From assembly GCA_016201825.1 (NCBI GenBank), contig JACQCD010000121.1, forward strand, positions 1,753 through 65,752: 64,000 nt of DNA. The letters are read 5' to 3'. A program made the translations under genes and the position numbers. Shown piece after piece: positions 15,925 through 25,830 of the stretch (within the stretch, counting starts at the first letter, position 1; every line of letters begins with the position of its first letter). Source of the stretch: Nitrospirota bacterium. Lineage in GTDB: Bacteria > Nitrospirota > Nitrospiria > 2-01-FULL-66-17. The notes below the pieces were generated by a model. The model saw nothing but the letters and a program-made list of their open reading frames with translations. It was not told where the DNA came from and ran no database searches.

Positions 15925-17856
15925 ATGAAGCTGATGAAAGCGGTGGGGAACGGGAAGAGGGGTTGGTCCCTCGTCATACTTGGCGTCATGGCGGCGCTGC
16001 TGCTCCTTCCCGTGGTTGTGGCGCTCGCGCCCGCGACGTCGCTTGCGGCAGACGAGGCCCCGGCCCAGGTTCAGAAAGGGAAGGACGTCTATTTTAAGAC
16101 CGAGGGAATCGTCTCTGGCCCCCCGGCTCCGCAGACGACAGCGAAAGATTATCCCTCCTACGATCTGCCGTATCCTCTGAGCGAAAGCCGCGTTATTGTC
16201 TGGACGATCGCCCAACAGCATCTCTACTTTGGGAGTTTCGTCCTTGCGGTGCCGATTTTTTGTATGATCATCGAGCTGGTCGGGATCATGTCGAAGGACC
16301 GGACCGTCGGAAAGCGCTACGACGATTTGGCGCACGACTTCGTTCGGATCTCCCTCACCGCCTATTCGGTGACCGCGATCCTGGGCGGTCTGTTGCTTTT
16401 CACGTTCATCACGCTGTACCCGGTGTTTTTCACCTACCTGACCTCGCTCTTTAAACCGTTTATGCACATTTACGCGTTGCTGTTTCTCGCCGAAAGCGGC
16501 ACCCTCTACATCTATTACTACGGGTGGGACCGCATGAACGACGGCGGATTTCTGAAATGGATTCACGCGACGCTGGGCATCTTGCTCAACGTCTTTGGTA
16601 GCACGCTCATGATGCTGGCCAATTCGTGGAGCAGCTTCATGATGTCGCCGGCCGGGGTGGATGAGAAGGGGCAGTACCTGGGCAACCTGGTTCATCTGCT
16701 GCATAACGCCCTCTGGAACCCCCTGAACGTGCACCGCATCATCGGCAACATGGTGTTTGGCGGTGGGATCGTGGTCGCGTACGCGGCGTACAAGTTCCTC
16801 TCCGCGAAGACCGAGCAGGAAAAAGCGTACTACGATTGGATGGGATACATCGCGATGTTTCTCGCGGTGGCGTCGCTCATCCCGTTGCCGTTTGCCGGCT
16901 ATTGGCTGATGCGTGAGGTCTACGCCTATCGTCAGCAGATGGGGATCACGCTGATGGGCGGTTTGCTGGCGTGGCTCTTCATCATTCAGGCGGTGTTGAT
17001 CGGGGCGTTGTTCTTCACCGTCAACTACTACCTCTTTAACGGCATGGGGCGTATGCGAGGTTCCGAGCCCTACCGCAAATACATCAAGTACATCCTCTTT
17101 TTGACCACCGCGGCCTTTCTCGTTTGGCTGACGCCTCACACCCTCGTGATGCGGGCGGCCGAGCTCAAGGCGATCGGCGGTCAGCAACACCCCGTGATCG
17201 GGAACTTCGGCGTGATGTCCGCGAAGAATGGTGCGGTCAACACCATGTTGATGACCACGATCATCTCCTTCATTCTGTACCAGCGCAGCAATAAGATCAT
17301 CGCCGTCCCCTGGGCCGCGTGGGGGAACGCCGCGATGATCGGGATGTTTGCCGTCGCCCTCGTCAATAACTGGTGGCTGGCCATCATGGGCTACTTCATT
17401 CCGGCGAACATCCGTGTCGGCTTATCCGTGCCCCAGGTGGTCGGGACCCTAACGTGCCTTTTCGTGGGGCTGGCTATCAACACCGCCATGATGCGTGGGG
17501 CAAAACTCACCGGACCGATCGAGTGGGGTAAGATTTCAGTCAGATCCCAATACGGGCTGTTCGCCTTAGGCGTGTCGTTTACCTGGCTCATGGCGCTCAT
17601 GGGGTACATCCGCTCCTCGGTTCGGCTCTTCTGGCACGCCATGGAGGTTTTTAGGGACAACTCTCCCTGGGCGTTTACTCATGCCATAGGGTTTGCGGCG
17701 AACGTGATGTCCTTCAACGTGCTGATCTTTTGGATCTTCACGCTCTTTGTCTTCTGGCTTGGCGAATTTTCGTCACATAAGACCGTACCGTCGATGGTCG
17801 ATGAGCGCCAACCTGTCGGACTTGGGCGGCCTGTTGTTGCGGGTGGATCGAAGTAG
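15925..17856 (+). CDS. cytochrome bd-like oxidase, CydA-like subunit (no cydB partner in the operon)
   Basis: RBS AGAGGAGAAAG upstream of the ATG at 15925. 643 aa, very hydrophobic. CydA-like stretches IAQQHLYFGSFVLAVPIF, LAESGTLYIYYYGWD, MMLANSWSSFMMSPAG. Extra N-terminal signal/anchor and extra C-terminal TM helices. Confidence 0.8.
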   Translation: MKLMKAVGNGKRGWSLVILGVMAALLLLPVVVALAPATSLAADEAPAQVQKGKDVYFKTEGIVSGPPAPQTTAKDYPSYDLPYPLSESRVIVWTIAQQHLYFGSFVLAVPIFCMIIELVGIMSKDRTVGKRYDDLAHDFVRISLTAYSVTAILGGLLLFTFITLYPVFFTYLTSLFKPFMHIYALLFLAESGTLYIYYYGWDRMNDGGFLKWIHATLGILLNVFGSTLMMLANSWSSFMMSPAGVDEKGQYLGNLVHLLHNALWNPLNVHRIIGNMVFGGGIVVAYAAYKFLSAKTEQEKAYYDWMGYIAMFLAVASLIPLPFAGYWLMREVYAYRQQMGITLMGGLLAWLFIIQAVLIGALFFTVNYYLFNGMGRMRGSEPYRKYIKYILFLTTAAFLVWLTPHTLVMRAAELKAIGGQQHPVIGNFGVMSAKNGAVNTMLMTTIISFILYQRSNKIIAVPWAAWGNAAMIGMFAVALVNNWWLAIMGYFIPANIRVGLSVPQVVGTLTCLFVGLAINTAMMRGAKLTGPIEWGKISVRSQYGLFALGVSFTWLMALMGYIRSSVRLFWHAMEVFRDNSPWAFTHAIGFAANVMSFNVLIFWIFTLFVFWLGEFSSHKTVPSMVDERQPVGLGRPVVAGGSK

Positions 17857-17924
17857 GGCGGTTCGTTTAGCGGTCAGCCCCTTCCCACTCGGGGCCGACT
17901 CTCTCAGGGATTAGGAGAACAACG

Positions 17925-19175
17925 GTGATTCCAGGAAAAGTCGGTTTGGCCGTCGGCACTGTCGCAGGTATCGCCTTCATTCGGTGGGCCACGTCTGGAG
18001 GGGGGACATTAAACCTGGCGTTGGCCCTTTTACTTACGGCGGTTTTCATCATGTGGTTGGGCTATATGATTCCCCCTGCCCGGATGATTTTGGTGAGCGT
18101 TGGGTTCTTTACGCTGATGAGCGGAATCTTCGCCAGCTACTCCAACTGGCTGCCCCAAGTTCGCGGCGAGGTGCCGGTCGTGGTCGTCGAGAAGGGCGGC
18201 GGAACCAAACCGGAAGACATGCCGGCCGACAAGTTGGCGGAGAAAGGGGCGGCGATTATCTTCGCTGATCCCGGCGCCCTCGAGGGCCAGGGGAAGGGTC
18301 AGTGTCCTCTTTGTCATGGTTTTAAAAAAGGTGCGCTCAGTGAACGTGCGCCAAACCTATCGGGGATTCCGCAACGCGCCGCCGAGCGGGTTAAGGATCC
18401 GCGATACCTAAAGCCGGATTCAGTCCAGACCGAATCCTTTTCGGGAAGTGGACGCGCAACCACCGCAGTCGAATACATCGCCGAATCTCACTCCTGTCCA
18501 AACTGTTTCATCGTTGCGGGCTATGGGGTTAAAGGGAGCAACGACCGCGAAAGTCCGATGCCAGTAATTTATAAGCCGCCGATCGAGCTGTCGATCGACG
18601 AACTGATCGCGGTGGATACATGGCTGTTCTATCGAGAGGGTGGCGATGTCCCGCCCGCTTCGGAGATTCGTGCCGCATACGAAAAATTCATCCCTGCGGC
18701 TGATCGTAAGGAGGCGCCCAAAGTAGAGGCTCCTGCGGCGCCAGGACCGGTGATTGCGATGGGCACGGATACGCCGGAGGATATGATCAAGAAGATGGGG
18801 TGTGGCGCTTGCCACACCATCCCGACCACGGCAAACAAATTCGGAGCCATCGGTCCGGTGCTGATCGAGAAAACGAATGCGCCGAAGCGAATCTCCTCGC
18901 CGGAATATCAGGCTCGGGTCAAGGCCGGGAAGGCTCACGCGACGACTCCCAAGCAGTACATCATCGAATCGATTATGAACCCGAGTGCGTTCATCGTGCC
19001 GGCCTTTGTGAATAAAGGGAACCCCGACGTGTCGATAATGCCTCCGGATTTCTCGAAGAAATTTACCTACGAGGCCGTGGAGAAGTTGGCGGACTTCCTT
19101 CTTTCCATTGACGCCGCTGCGGCCTCAAAAGACGGGATCAAGATCGACAAAGACGGTAGGAAGGCGGCCGGTTAG
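17925..19175 (+). CDS. membrane-anchored diheme c-type cytochrome
   Basis: 416 aa. About 3 N-terminal TM helices. CPLCH and CGACH motifs. RBS AGGAGA before the GTG at 17925. Confidence 0.8.
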   Translation: MIPGKVGLAVGTVAGIAFIRWATSGGGTLNLALALLLTAVFIMWLGYMIPPARMILVSVGFFTLMSGIFASYSNWLPQVRGEVPVVVVEKGGGTKPEDMPADKLAEKGAAIIFADPGALEGQGKGQCPLCHGFKKGALSERAPNLSGIPQRAAERVKDPRYLKPDSVQTESFSGSGRATTAVEYIAESHSCPNCFIVAGYGVKGSNDRESPMPVIYKPPIELSIDELIAVDTWLFYREGGDVPPASEIRAAYEKFIPAADRKEAPKVEAPAAPGPVIAMGTDTPEDMIKKMGCGACHTIPTTANKFGAIGPVLIEKTNAPKRISSPEYQARVKAGKAHATTPKQYIIESIMNPSAFIVPAFVNKGNPDVSIMPPDFSKKFTYEAVEKLADFLLSIDAAAASKDGIKIDKDGRKAAG

Positions 19176-19262
19176 CGCGTGGAGCTCATGGCGGGGGAAA
19201 GCCTCGGCGACCCCTCGCTACTGTAGCGGTCTTTTTTAACCTCTCTTCTGGAGGAGACTACG

Positions 19263-20195
19263 TTGGGTAAGATATGGATTCCCGGCATGATGCCGATCGA
19301 GCTCCTGCTCATCCTCGCCACGACATTTTTCGTCTTCGTTGGGGTCGGATGGCTTTTGAAAACGCAGAATCGCAGCATCCCCAAGTTTGGCCAAGCGATT
19401 CTGATTTGGCTCACGGCCTTCGTCATCCTGAAGTTCGTGCTCTATCCGCCGATTCCCTCGGCCCTCATGAAGACCTACATGGGGTTGATCACCCTTGTGC
19501 TGTTCTTGCTGGTTTCGGCCGACGAGGAGTCGTGGACCGATTTCAAACGTCCGATCTTGAAGACCCTCGCGGGGGAGACTCCCGGGTATCGCGGGGTGCG
19601 GACGATCACGTTGGTGGCGCTTCCTCTGTTAGCTGGAATGGGGACCTATAACAATATCGTGCCGAAGTTTGAGGAGCCGATTGAACTTCGGACCGTCCAC
19701 CCCGCGCCGCCGGCTGCGGTGAAAGTCCACGACCTCAAGGGTGGCGACAAGACGTTCACGCTTCAGACCGCACAGAACCCGTTCCGCGTAGACGAGGATG
19801 GCCAGTACTCCCGTGATGTTCAGCAGAAGCATGTCAACGATAACCCGTTCGATCCCAATGCGTCCAAGTACATGCAGTACGTGCGTGAAGGGGGGGCGAT
19901 CTTCTTCCAGAACTGCCACTTCTGTCACGGCGATAATTTGGACGGGCGGGGGATGTTTGCTTTTGCGTTCAATCCGATCCCGGCGAATTTTTCTGATCCG
20001 GGTACGATCGCCCAGCTTCAAGAGACCTTTGTGTTCTGGCGGGTATCGAAGGGAGGCCCCGGGTTGCCGAGGGAGGGATTTCCCTGGGCGTCGGCGATGC
20101 CGCCGTGGGAGCAACACCTCACCACCGATGAAATGTGGAAGGCGATTCTTTTTGAATACTGGCACACCGGGTTCTATCCGCGAACTTGGGATTGA
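19263..20195 (+). CDS. membrane-anchored monoheme c-type cytochrome
   Basis: 310 aa. Several N-terminal TM helices. Single CHFCH motif in a class-I-like C-terminal domain. RBS GGAGGAG before the TTG at 19263. Confidence 0.75.
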   Translation: MGKIWIPGMMPIELLLILATTFFVFVGVGWLLKTQNRSIPKFGQAILIWLTAFVILKFVLYPPIPSALMKTYMGLITLVLFLLVSADEESWTDFKRPILKTLAGETPGYRGVRTITLVALPLLAGMGTYNNIVPKFEEPIELRTVHPAPPAAVKVHDLKGGDKTFTLQTAQNPFRVDEDGQYSRDVQQKHVNDNPFDPNASKYMQYVREGGAIFFQNCHFCHGDNLDGRGMFAFAFNPIPANFSDPGTIAQLQETFVFWRVSKGGPGLPREGFPWASAMPPWEQHLTTDEMWKAILFEYWHTGFYPRTWD

Positions 20196-20234
20196 TCAAC
20201 GCGTGATCAGGTCTCTTTAAGGGGGAGCTCGACA

Positions 20235-21905
20235 ATGAAGGGGATTGTCAGTGTAGGTCGATGGGGCAAGATACTCCTCGCAGGGGGGTTGGTGGTCACA
20301 GTTCTGGGCGTGTCTGTGGTGTTCACGACCGCTCAAACCGGCAAAGCGCCGGAGGCACCGAAAGCTCAGATGCCCGGCAAAGCAAGCCCCGAGGATCTGG
20401 CTGCGGGGAAGGCGATTTACTTCCGCAAATGCGTGTGGTGCCACGGTCCCGAAGGGGCCGGGGATGGCCCGGCAGCCGATCGTCTGTGGCCCCGTCCCCG
20501 GAACTTTACTCAGGGCACGTTTAAGATCCGCCACACGGCAAGCGGCGAGCTCCCTCTGCTCGATGATTTATTTCTGACCGTGACCAATGGATTACCTGGA
20601 TCGGCAATGCCTTCATGGGAAGGGATTTTGTCCGACAAACAGCGTCACCAGGTGGTTGAGTTTGTCCGGACCGAACTCGTAAAGGACCGCGATTTCACCG
20701 ACAAGGAAAACGAAACATTTACCCCGATCAGCTTCGGGAAACAAGTTGCGACCTCGAAAGAAAGTATCGAACGAGGTCGAGAAGTATATATGAACAAGGG
20801 GAAGTGCGTCGAGTGTCACGGTCCGGACGCGCGAGGGGACGGGAACGCGACGCAAAAAGACGAGTGGGGGTTCCCGATTCGTCCCGCCGATCTCCACAAG
20901 TGCTGGAACTTCCGCGGCAACCGCCGTGATCCCTACAATCCCACAAACATCTTTCGCGAAGTGTCGACGGGGCTGAACGGGACCCCCATGCCGTCATTTG
21001 CCGAAGCGTTGAGTTCTGATCAGCGTTGGGATGTCGCCAACTTTGTCATTTCGCTCTGTCCCAAGAAAAACATCGATCCGTTGACCACCAAGCCCAACAA
21101 TGACTTCGTGATCAAGGCGACGTTCGTCAAGGGCGAACTTCCGACGAGTCCCGATGATGCCGTCTGGAAAGATGTCTCCGCGGCCTACGTTGGCCTCGGG
21201 TCCCAGATCATGCACAAACCGAGGAATTTCGTTCGGCTGGTGGACGACGTGTGGGTTCGTTCCCTCTATAACGACAAGCAGGTGATGTACCTTTTAGAGT
21301 GGGACGATCGGACCAAGAGCCTGGGAACGCCGGAGGCAGTCGCGCAGACGGCTGATTTTAAGGAGACCCCACCCGCCGGGGAGCCGATCGCGATGCGGCA
21401 ATATCCCGTGTTCAACGACGCGGTGGCGATCCAGTTCCCCTCCCACTGGGAGACCCTGAGTGCTCCCGAGAAACCGCGTTTCGTCTTCGGTGACGCGAAG
21501 AACTCGGTCGACGTCTGGAAGTGGGAAGCCGACGGTTCCACGAAGCTCTATACCGGCCAGGGTTTCGATAAGCTGGAAGTAAGAGCGGGAGACTCGGTGA
21601 AGACGCCGTTCGTGGGCTTCAAGGACGGGGTGTGGCGGGTCATGTTTACGCGCACTCTGACCACGGATGACAAGGAACACGACGTCCAGTTCACCACCGG
21701 CAAGTACATTCCGACATCCTTCTTCGTGTGGGATGGCAACAACGGGGACCATGGGTTAAAAATGTCGATCTCAACCTGGTATTACACGATTCTCCTGCCC
21801 CCCGTGCCGAAGAAGGCCTACATCTATCCGGTGTTCGCCGCGATCTTTGTCATCGGCTTGCAGTTCTGGATGGTGTCGAAATTCAAGAAAGGGTCCAAGA
21901 AGTAG
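20235..21905 (+). CDS. diheme cytochrome c fused to an EB_dh (ethylbenzene-dehydrogenase gamma / DOMON-like heme-b) domain with a C-terminal TM anchor
   Basis: 556 aa. CVWCH and CVECH. Then …VRSLYNDKQVMYLLEWDD…AVAIQFPSH…VDVWKWEADG… (EB_dh-like). C-terminal helix IYPVFAAIFVIGLQFWMV. Confidence 0.75.
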   Translation: MKGIVSVGRWGKILLAGGLVVTVLGVSVVFTTAQTGKAPEAPKAQMPGKASPEDLAAGKAIYFRKCVWCHGPEGAGDGPAADRLWPRPRNFTQGTFKIRHTASGELPLLDDLFLTVTNGLPGSAMPSWEGILSDKQRHQVVEFVRTELVKDRDFTDKENETFTPISFGKQVATSKESIERGREVYMNKGKCVECHGPDARGDGNATQKDEWGFPIRPADLHKCWNFRGNRRDPYNPTNIFREVSTGLNGTPMPSFAEALSSDQRWDVANFVISLCPKKNIDPLTTKPNNDFVIKATFVKGELPTSPDDAVWKDVSAAYVGLGSQIMHKPRNFVRLVDDVWVRSLYNDKQVMYLLEWDDRTKSLGTPEAVAQTADFKETPPAGEPIAMRQYPVFNDAVAIQFPSHWETLSAPEKPRFVFGDAKNSVDVWKWEADGSTKLYTGQGFDKLEVRAGDSVKTPFVGFKDGVWRVMFTRTLTTDDKEHDVQFTTGKYIPTSFFVWDGNNGDHGLKMSISTWYYTILLPPVPKKAYIYPVFAAIFVIGLQFWMVSKFKKGSKK

Positions 21906-21932
21906 ATCTGAGGGTCGTTGAATCAGGACCGA

Positions 21933-21968
21933 AGAGGCCCCGCGGGAACGCGGGGCCTCTGTCTTTTT
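21933..21968 (+). terminator. strong rho-independent terminator ending the oxidase operon
   Basis: AGAGGCCCCGCG-GGAA-CGCGGGGCCTCT (12-bp perfect stem) followed by GTCTTTTT. Confidence 0.85.
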
Positions 21969-21988
21969 AACGGCCGCGCCGCGCGGGC

Positions 21989-22879
21989 GTGATGAGAGTT
22001 GGCTGTAAGAGGGGAGCGCGAGAGAAGAGCCCGGTGGGACAAAAGTCTGAAATTTTATTCTTACTCCTCGGGCAGCTTTCTGTGGGGGGTATCGTCCTGC
22101 TCGCGGTGATTTCGGGCCGCCAACTTGGCCTGAGCTTTTTCCGCTTGAACGGTCTGATCTTCTTTCTGCTCATGGGCGCGGCGATCCCGGGCATTCCTGT
22201 GCCCGAATCGGTGGCGGCCGCTGGATCCGCGAGCGAAGTGGCGAGGATTTTTCTCGGCACCTGGCCCGGGCTGACCATTACCTTGACCCTCGCGTACTCG
22301 ATCAGTCTCTTTGCCTACGTCGTGACCTTCTGGGTCAAGCAAGAGACCCAGGCCACTCGGTGGTTGTTCGCGGCCGCGGTGTTCGGAATTGGCTTGGTCG
22401 TGGCCAGCGCCGAGTCGTATGCCCAACGGATGTCGGACGGCCTCATCGCATCCCTGATTCCGATGAACTTCCTCCTCTCGACGTTGGTTCTGGGGTCGGC
22501 GATGCTGGGGATGTTGCTCGGGCATCGATACCTGACCAACCCCCACCTCCCGCTTTCCCATCTCAATTTTCTGGCGTGGATCTTTTTCATCGCGGTGATT
22601 CTGCAGGGGACGATGACGGTGGTGAGCTTTCTCCTTGGAGGCGACTGGGCGGTGATCGGGGCGGCCCTTCGCCTGGAGAGTTTTCTGGGGTTGTTCTTCT
22701 GGATTCGTGTGGTGATCGGCATCGCCGTGCCGCTGGCGCTGGCGGCCATGATCCTCAACACCATCCGCTATCGCGCCAATATGTCGGCGACGGGCCTCCT
22801 GTACATTGCCGTGCTCATGGTCATGGCCGGGGAGGCTTTTTCGCGGTATCTCTTGCTCTCGGACGCGATTCTGCTGTAA
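21989..22879 (+). CDS. polytopic membrane protein (about 8 TM), possibly an NrfD/DmsC-like anchor
   Basis: 296 aa. Eight hydrophobic segments by eye. The C-terminus …MVMAGEAFSRYLLL resembles the C-terminal helix of NrfD/DmsC-type anchors. The family call is tentative. Confidence 0.55.
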   Translation: MMRVGCKRGAREKSPVGQKSEILFLLLGQLSVGGIVLLAVISGRQLGLSFFRLNGLIFFLLMGAAIPGIPVPESVAAAGSASEVARIFLGTWPGLTITLTLAYSISLFAYVVTFWVKQETQATRWLFAAAVFGIGLVVASAESYAQRMSDGLIASLIPMNFLLSTLVLGSAMLGMLLGHRYLTNPHLPLSHLNFLAWIFFIAVILQGTMTVVSFLLGGDWAVIGAALRLESFLGLFFWIRVVIGIAVPLALAAMILNTIRYRANMSATGLLYIAVLMVMAGEAFSRYLLLSDAILL

Positions 22880-22929
22880 ACGGCTCTTGCGTCGACCGCG
22901 ACCGGGGAGCCAGTTCGGGGACACCTCCC

Positions 22930-23640
22930 GTGCCCAAATCGTCTTTTCGTACGACCGTCGAGTCGATCGACGTCCTCACGCCGACCGTGAAGGTCTTCCG
23001 CCTCCGGTTTGATCCGGGAGCGGCATTCGATTTCGTGGCCGGCCAGTATGTGATGGTCGATATTCCCCACGGCGATGCGGTCGTGCAGAAGGCGTATTCG
23101 ATCGCGTCCTCTCCGTCGGAACCGGGGACGATCGATCTGTGCATCAAGCTCGTTGAAGGGGGATACGCCTCGACCTATTTCCATCAATCCGTCCACGAGG
23201 GAACCGTGCTGACCGTCTACGAAGCGCAGGGCACGTTCGTCGATCGTGGCGCTCCGCGCGAGCGGGCGTACGTCGCCTCGGGTACGGGTATCGCCCCGAT
23301 TCGCAGCATGATCCGCCGGCTCTACGAGAGGAAGGGATTCGACGAACCGATGTGGCTCTTTTTCGGGGTTCGGTACGAGGACGAGATCTTGTACGAGGAG
23401 GAGTGGCGACGCCTGGCCGCCGAGCACCCCACCTTTCGCTTCATGCCGACCGTCAGTCGGCCGAAGACGTGGGCCGGGGACGTCGGATGGGTGCAGGACC
23501 TCCTGCGCAGGTACCTCACGGCTCCCGAACAGAAGGAAGCCTACGTGTGCGGCGTGGTGCCGATGGTCAAGGCGGTCAAGCCTCTCCTCATCGAATTGGG
23601 CGTGCCGCGCGCGCAGATCCACACCGAAAAATACACGTAA
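22930..23640 (+). CDS. FNR-like FAD/NAD(P)H oxidoreductase (FAD_binding_6 + NAD_binding_1 type)
   Basis: KAYSIASSP (RxYS-type FAD motif) and ASGTGIAPIRSM (NAD(P)H motif). GTG at 22930 is the only start candidate downstream of the membrane gene. The upstream part of ORF 22360..23640 is a shadow frame. Confidence 0.8.
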   Translation: MPKSSFRTTVESIDVLTPTVKVFRLRFDPGAAFDFVAGQYVMVDIPHGDAVVQKAYSIASSPSEPGTIDLCIKLVEGGYASTYFHQSVHEGTVLTVYEAQGTFVDRGAPRERAYVASGTGIAPIRSMIRRLYERKGFDEPMWLFFGVRYEDEILYEEEWRRLAAEHPTFRFMPTVSRPKTWAGDVGWVQDLLRRYLTAPEQKEAYVCGVVPMVKAVKPLLIELGVPRAQIHTEKYT

Positions 23641-23811
23641 CGCCCGCCGACGAGCACGGCGGCTCCGTTGCTGCGCCACCTGCTGGGAACGCTACCGCGG
23701 CATTGACATTCCGCGCCCTCTCGGGCGCGGTGCAGGTTTGACTCGTTCGATCGACTTGTGCTACAAATCGGCCGACGACCTCCCGTTCGGGGCGCTGCCG
23801 CCGGAGTCACC

Positions 23812-24564
23812 ATGTCGGGTCATTCGAAGTGGGCCACCACCAAACATAAGAAGGCCGCCGCCGACTCCAAACGGGGCAAGGCCTTCACGAAGTTGATCAA
23901 GGAAATCACCGTCGCGGCGCGGATGGGCGGCGGCGATCCGGACGGCAACCCTCGCCTCCGCTTGGCGATCCTCAAATCCAAAGAACAGAATATGCCCGCC
24001 GACAATATCAAGCGGGCGGTCATGAAAGGGACCGGCGAGTTGCCCGGCGTCTCGTACGAGGAAATCCTGTACGAAGGGTACGGTCCCGGCGGCACGGCGA
24101 TGCTCGTGGAAATCATGACCGACAACAAGAATCGGACGGTCGCCGAGATCCGTCACATTTTCTCCAAGCACGGCGGGCATATGGGCGAGGCCGGCTGCGT
24201 CGGGTGGATGTTCCACAAGACCGGTGACATCCTCGTCGAAAAGAGTAAGGCGGACGAAGAGACGCTGATGGCGCTCGCGCTCGACGCGGGCGCCGATGAC
24301 ATGAAGAGCGATGATCCCGAACAGTATGAAATTCTCACGGCGCCGGGCGAGTTGGAGCGGGTGAAGAAGGCCCTGGAGGCCAAGGGGATCCCCCTCGCGT
24401 TCGCCGAAGCAACCCAAATTCCACAAACCTACGTGAAGCTCGAGGGCAAGGACGCCGAGCAGATGCTCAAATTGATGGAAGCCCTCGAGGACCACGATGA
24501 CGTACAGAAGGTCCACGCGAATTTCGACATCGCTCAAGACGTGATGGAAAAGGTACTCGGGTAA
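23812..24564 (+). CDS. yebC: YebC/PmpR-family DNA-binding regulator
   Basis: [32 protein letters not shown]…. Confidence 0.93.
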   Translation: MSGHSKWATTKHKKAAADSKRGKAFTKLIKEITVAARMGGGDPDGNPRLRLAILKSKEQNMPADNIKRAVMKGTGELPGVSYEEILYEGYGPGGTAMLVEIMTDNKNRTVAEIRHIFSKHGGHMGEAGCVGWMFHKTGDILVEKSKADEETLMALALDAGADDMKSDDPEQYEILTAPGELERVKKALEAKGIPLAFAEATQIPQTYVKLEGKDAEQMLKLMEALEDHDDVQKVHANFDIAQDVMEKVLG

Positions 24565-24703
24565 CCGCGCCGTTCCACGGTGGTTCGCGTAGGACTCGGG
24601 GATGGAGCCCTACGTTGTGCCCAAGACCCCAAGGTCAAGAGTGTCTCGCAGCCTCGGGGCGGATACGTTGCGCTTAGCAAGCTCGGGAGGGAGGGAACCA
24701 GCC

Positions 24704-25222
24704 ATGCGCGTCTTGGGGATCGATCCCGGTCTGGTGGCGACGGGATACGGCGTCGTGGAGTCCGAACGAGGCGACCTTCGTCATATTGCATCCGGCACCA
24801 TTACCATTCCCGCCTCGCGCCCCTTGTCGGCGCGCCTGAGGATGCTGTACGACTCTCTCGGTGAGATCTGCAGCCGGTATGATCCCGCCGAGGTCGCGGT
24901 CGAAAATACCTTCCTCGCCAAGAACGTCGCGGTGGCGCTCAAGCTGGGCCAGGCGAGGGGGATCGCGCTGTTGGTGGCCGAACTGGCCCAACTCCCGATT
25001 TCGGAGTATGCCCCCACCGAGATCAAGATCGCCGTCACCGGGTTCGGCGGAGCGGCGAAGGAGCAGGTTCAACTGATGGTCGGTCGCCTCCTGCGTCTTT
25101 CCGTGGAAACCACGACGCACCACGCGACCGACGCGCTCGCCGCCGCGATCTGCCACCTCCACTCGGGGCCGTGGCGCCGTATCGTGGCGAGGCCGCGCGA
25201 GGTCGCGAGTCGGACGCTATGA
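24704..25222 (+). CDS. ruvC: Holliday junction resolvase RuvC
   Basis: MRVLGIDPGLVATGYGVVE… RBS GGGAGGGA. Confidence 0.93.
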   Translation: MRVLGIDPGLVATGYGVVESERGDLRHIASGTITIPASRPLSARLRMLYDSLGEICSRYDPAEVAVENTFLAKNVAVALKLGQARGIALLVAELAQLPISEYAPTEIKIAVTGFGGAAKEQVQLMVGRLLRLSVETTTHHATDALAAAICHLHSGPWRRIVARPREVASRTL

Positions 25223-25830
25223 TCGCGGCTCTGAGCGGGACGCTCGTCAGCAAAACCCCGCAGTCGCTGGTGGTCGACGTCCACGGCGTGGGGTACGAGC
25301 TCTTCACCTCGCTGCAGACCTACTACCGCCTTCCCGAACCCAAGGAAACCGTCCACGTTCACGTTCACACTCACGTGCGCGAGGATGCGCTTCACCTCTA
25401 CGGATTTCTCGCCAAGGAGGAAAAGACCGCCTTCCTGCTCCTGCTCTCGGTGTCCGGGGTGGGGCCAAGATCGGCGCTCGGGTTGCTGTCGGGACTCACG
25501 GTCCGGGAATTGGCGTCGGCGATCTGTTCCGGCGACGCGAAGCGGCTTTGCGCCGTTCCCGGGGTCGGGAATAAGACCGCGGCGCGGTTGATCCTCGAGC
25601 TCCAGGAAAAAGCCGGGGCGCTGGCCTCGTCGGATCCGCCGACTCAGGGGCCGCGCGAGGCCGGGTCCGAGGTGATGGATGACGCCCTGTCGGCGCTGGT
25701 CAACCTGGGATATCATCCCGCGGCGGCGAAAGACACGCTCCGCCGGATCGCGCAGTCGACGCCGCCCGGGCGAGTGTTGACCGTCGAGGAACTCTTGCGC
25801 GAGTCGCTCCGGAGCGTGTCGCGATCGTGA
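25219..25830 (+). CDS. ruvA: Holliday junction branch migration protein RuvA
   Basis: [28 protein letters not shown]… The ATG overlaps the ruvC stop. Confidence 0.93.
   Translation: MIAALSGTLVSKTPQSLVVDVHGVGYELFTSLQTYYRLPEPKETVHVHVHTHVREDALHLYGFLAKEEKTAFLLLLSVSGVGPRSALGLLSGLTVRELASAICSGDAKRLCAVPGVGNKTAARLILELQEKAGALASSDPPTQGPREAGSEVMDDALSALVNLGYHPAAAKDTLRRIAQSTPPGRVLTVEELLRESLRSVSRS

Noticed and set aside
22360-22929. N-terminal 190-codon extension of the FNR-like ORF
   Set aside because: It overlaps the 8-TM membrane gene in another frame and is Gly/Arg/Asp-rich. The FAD-binding barrel begins right after the GTG at 22930.
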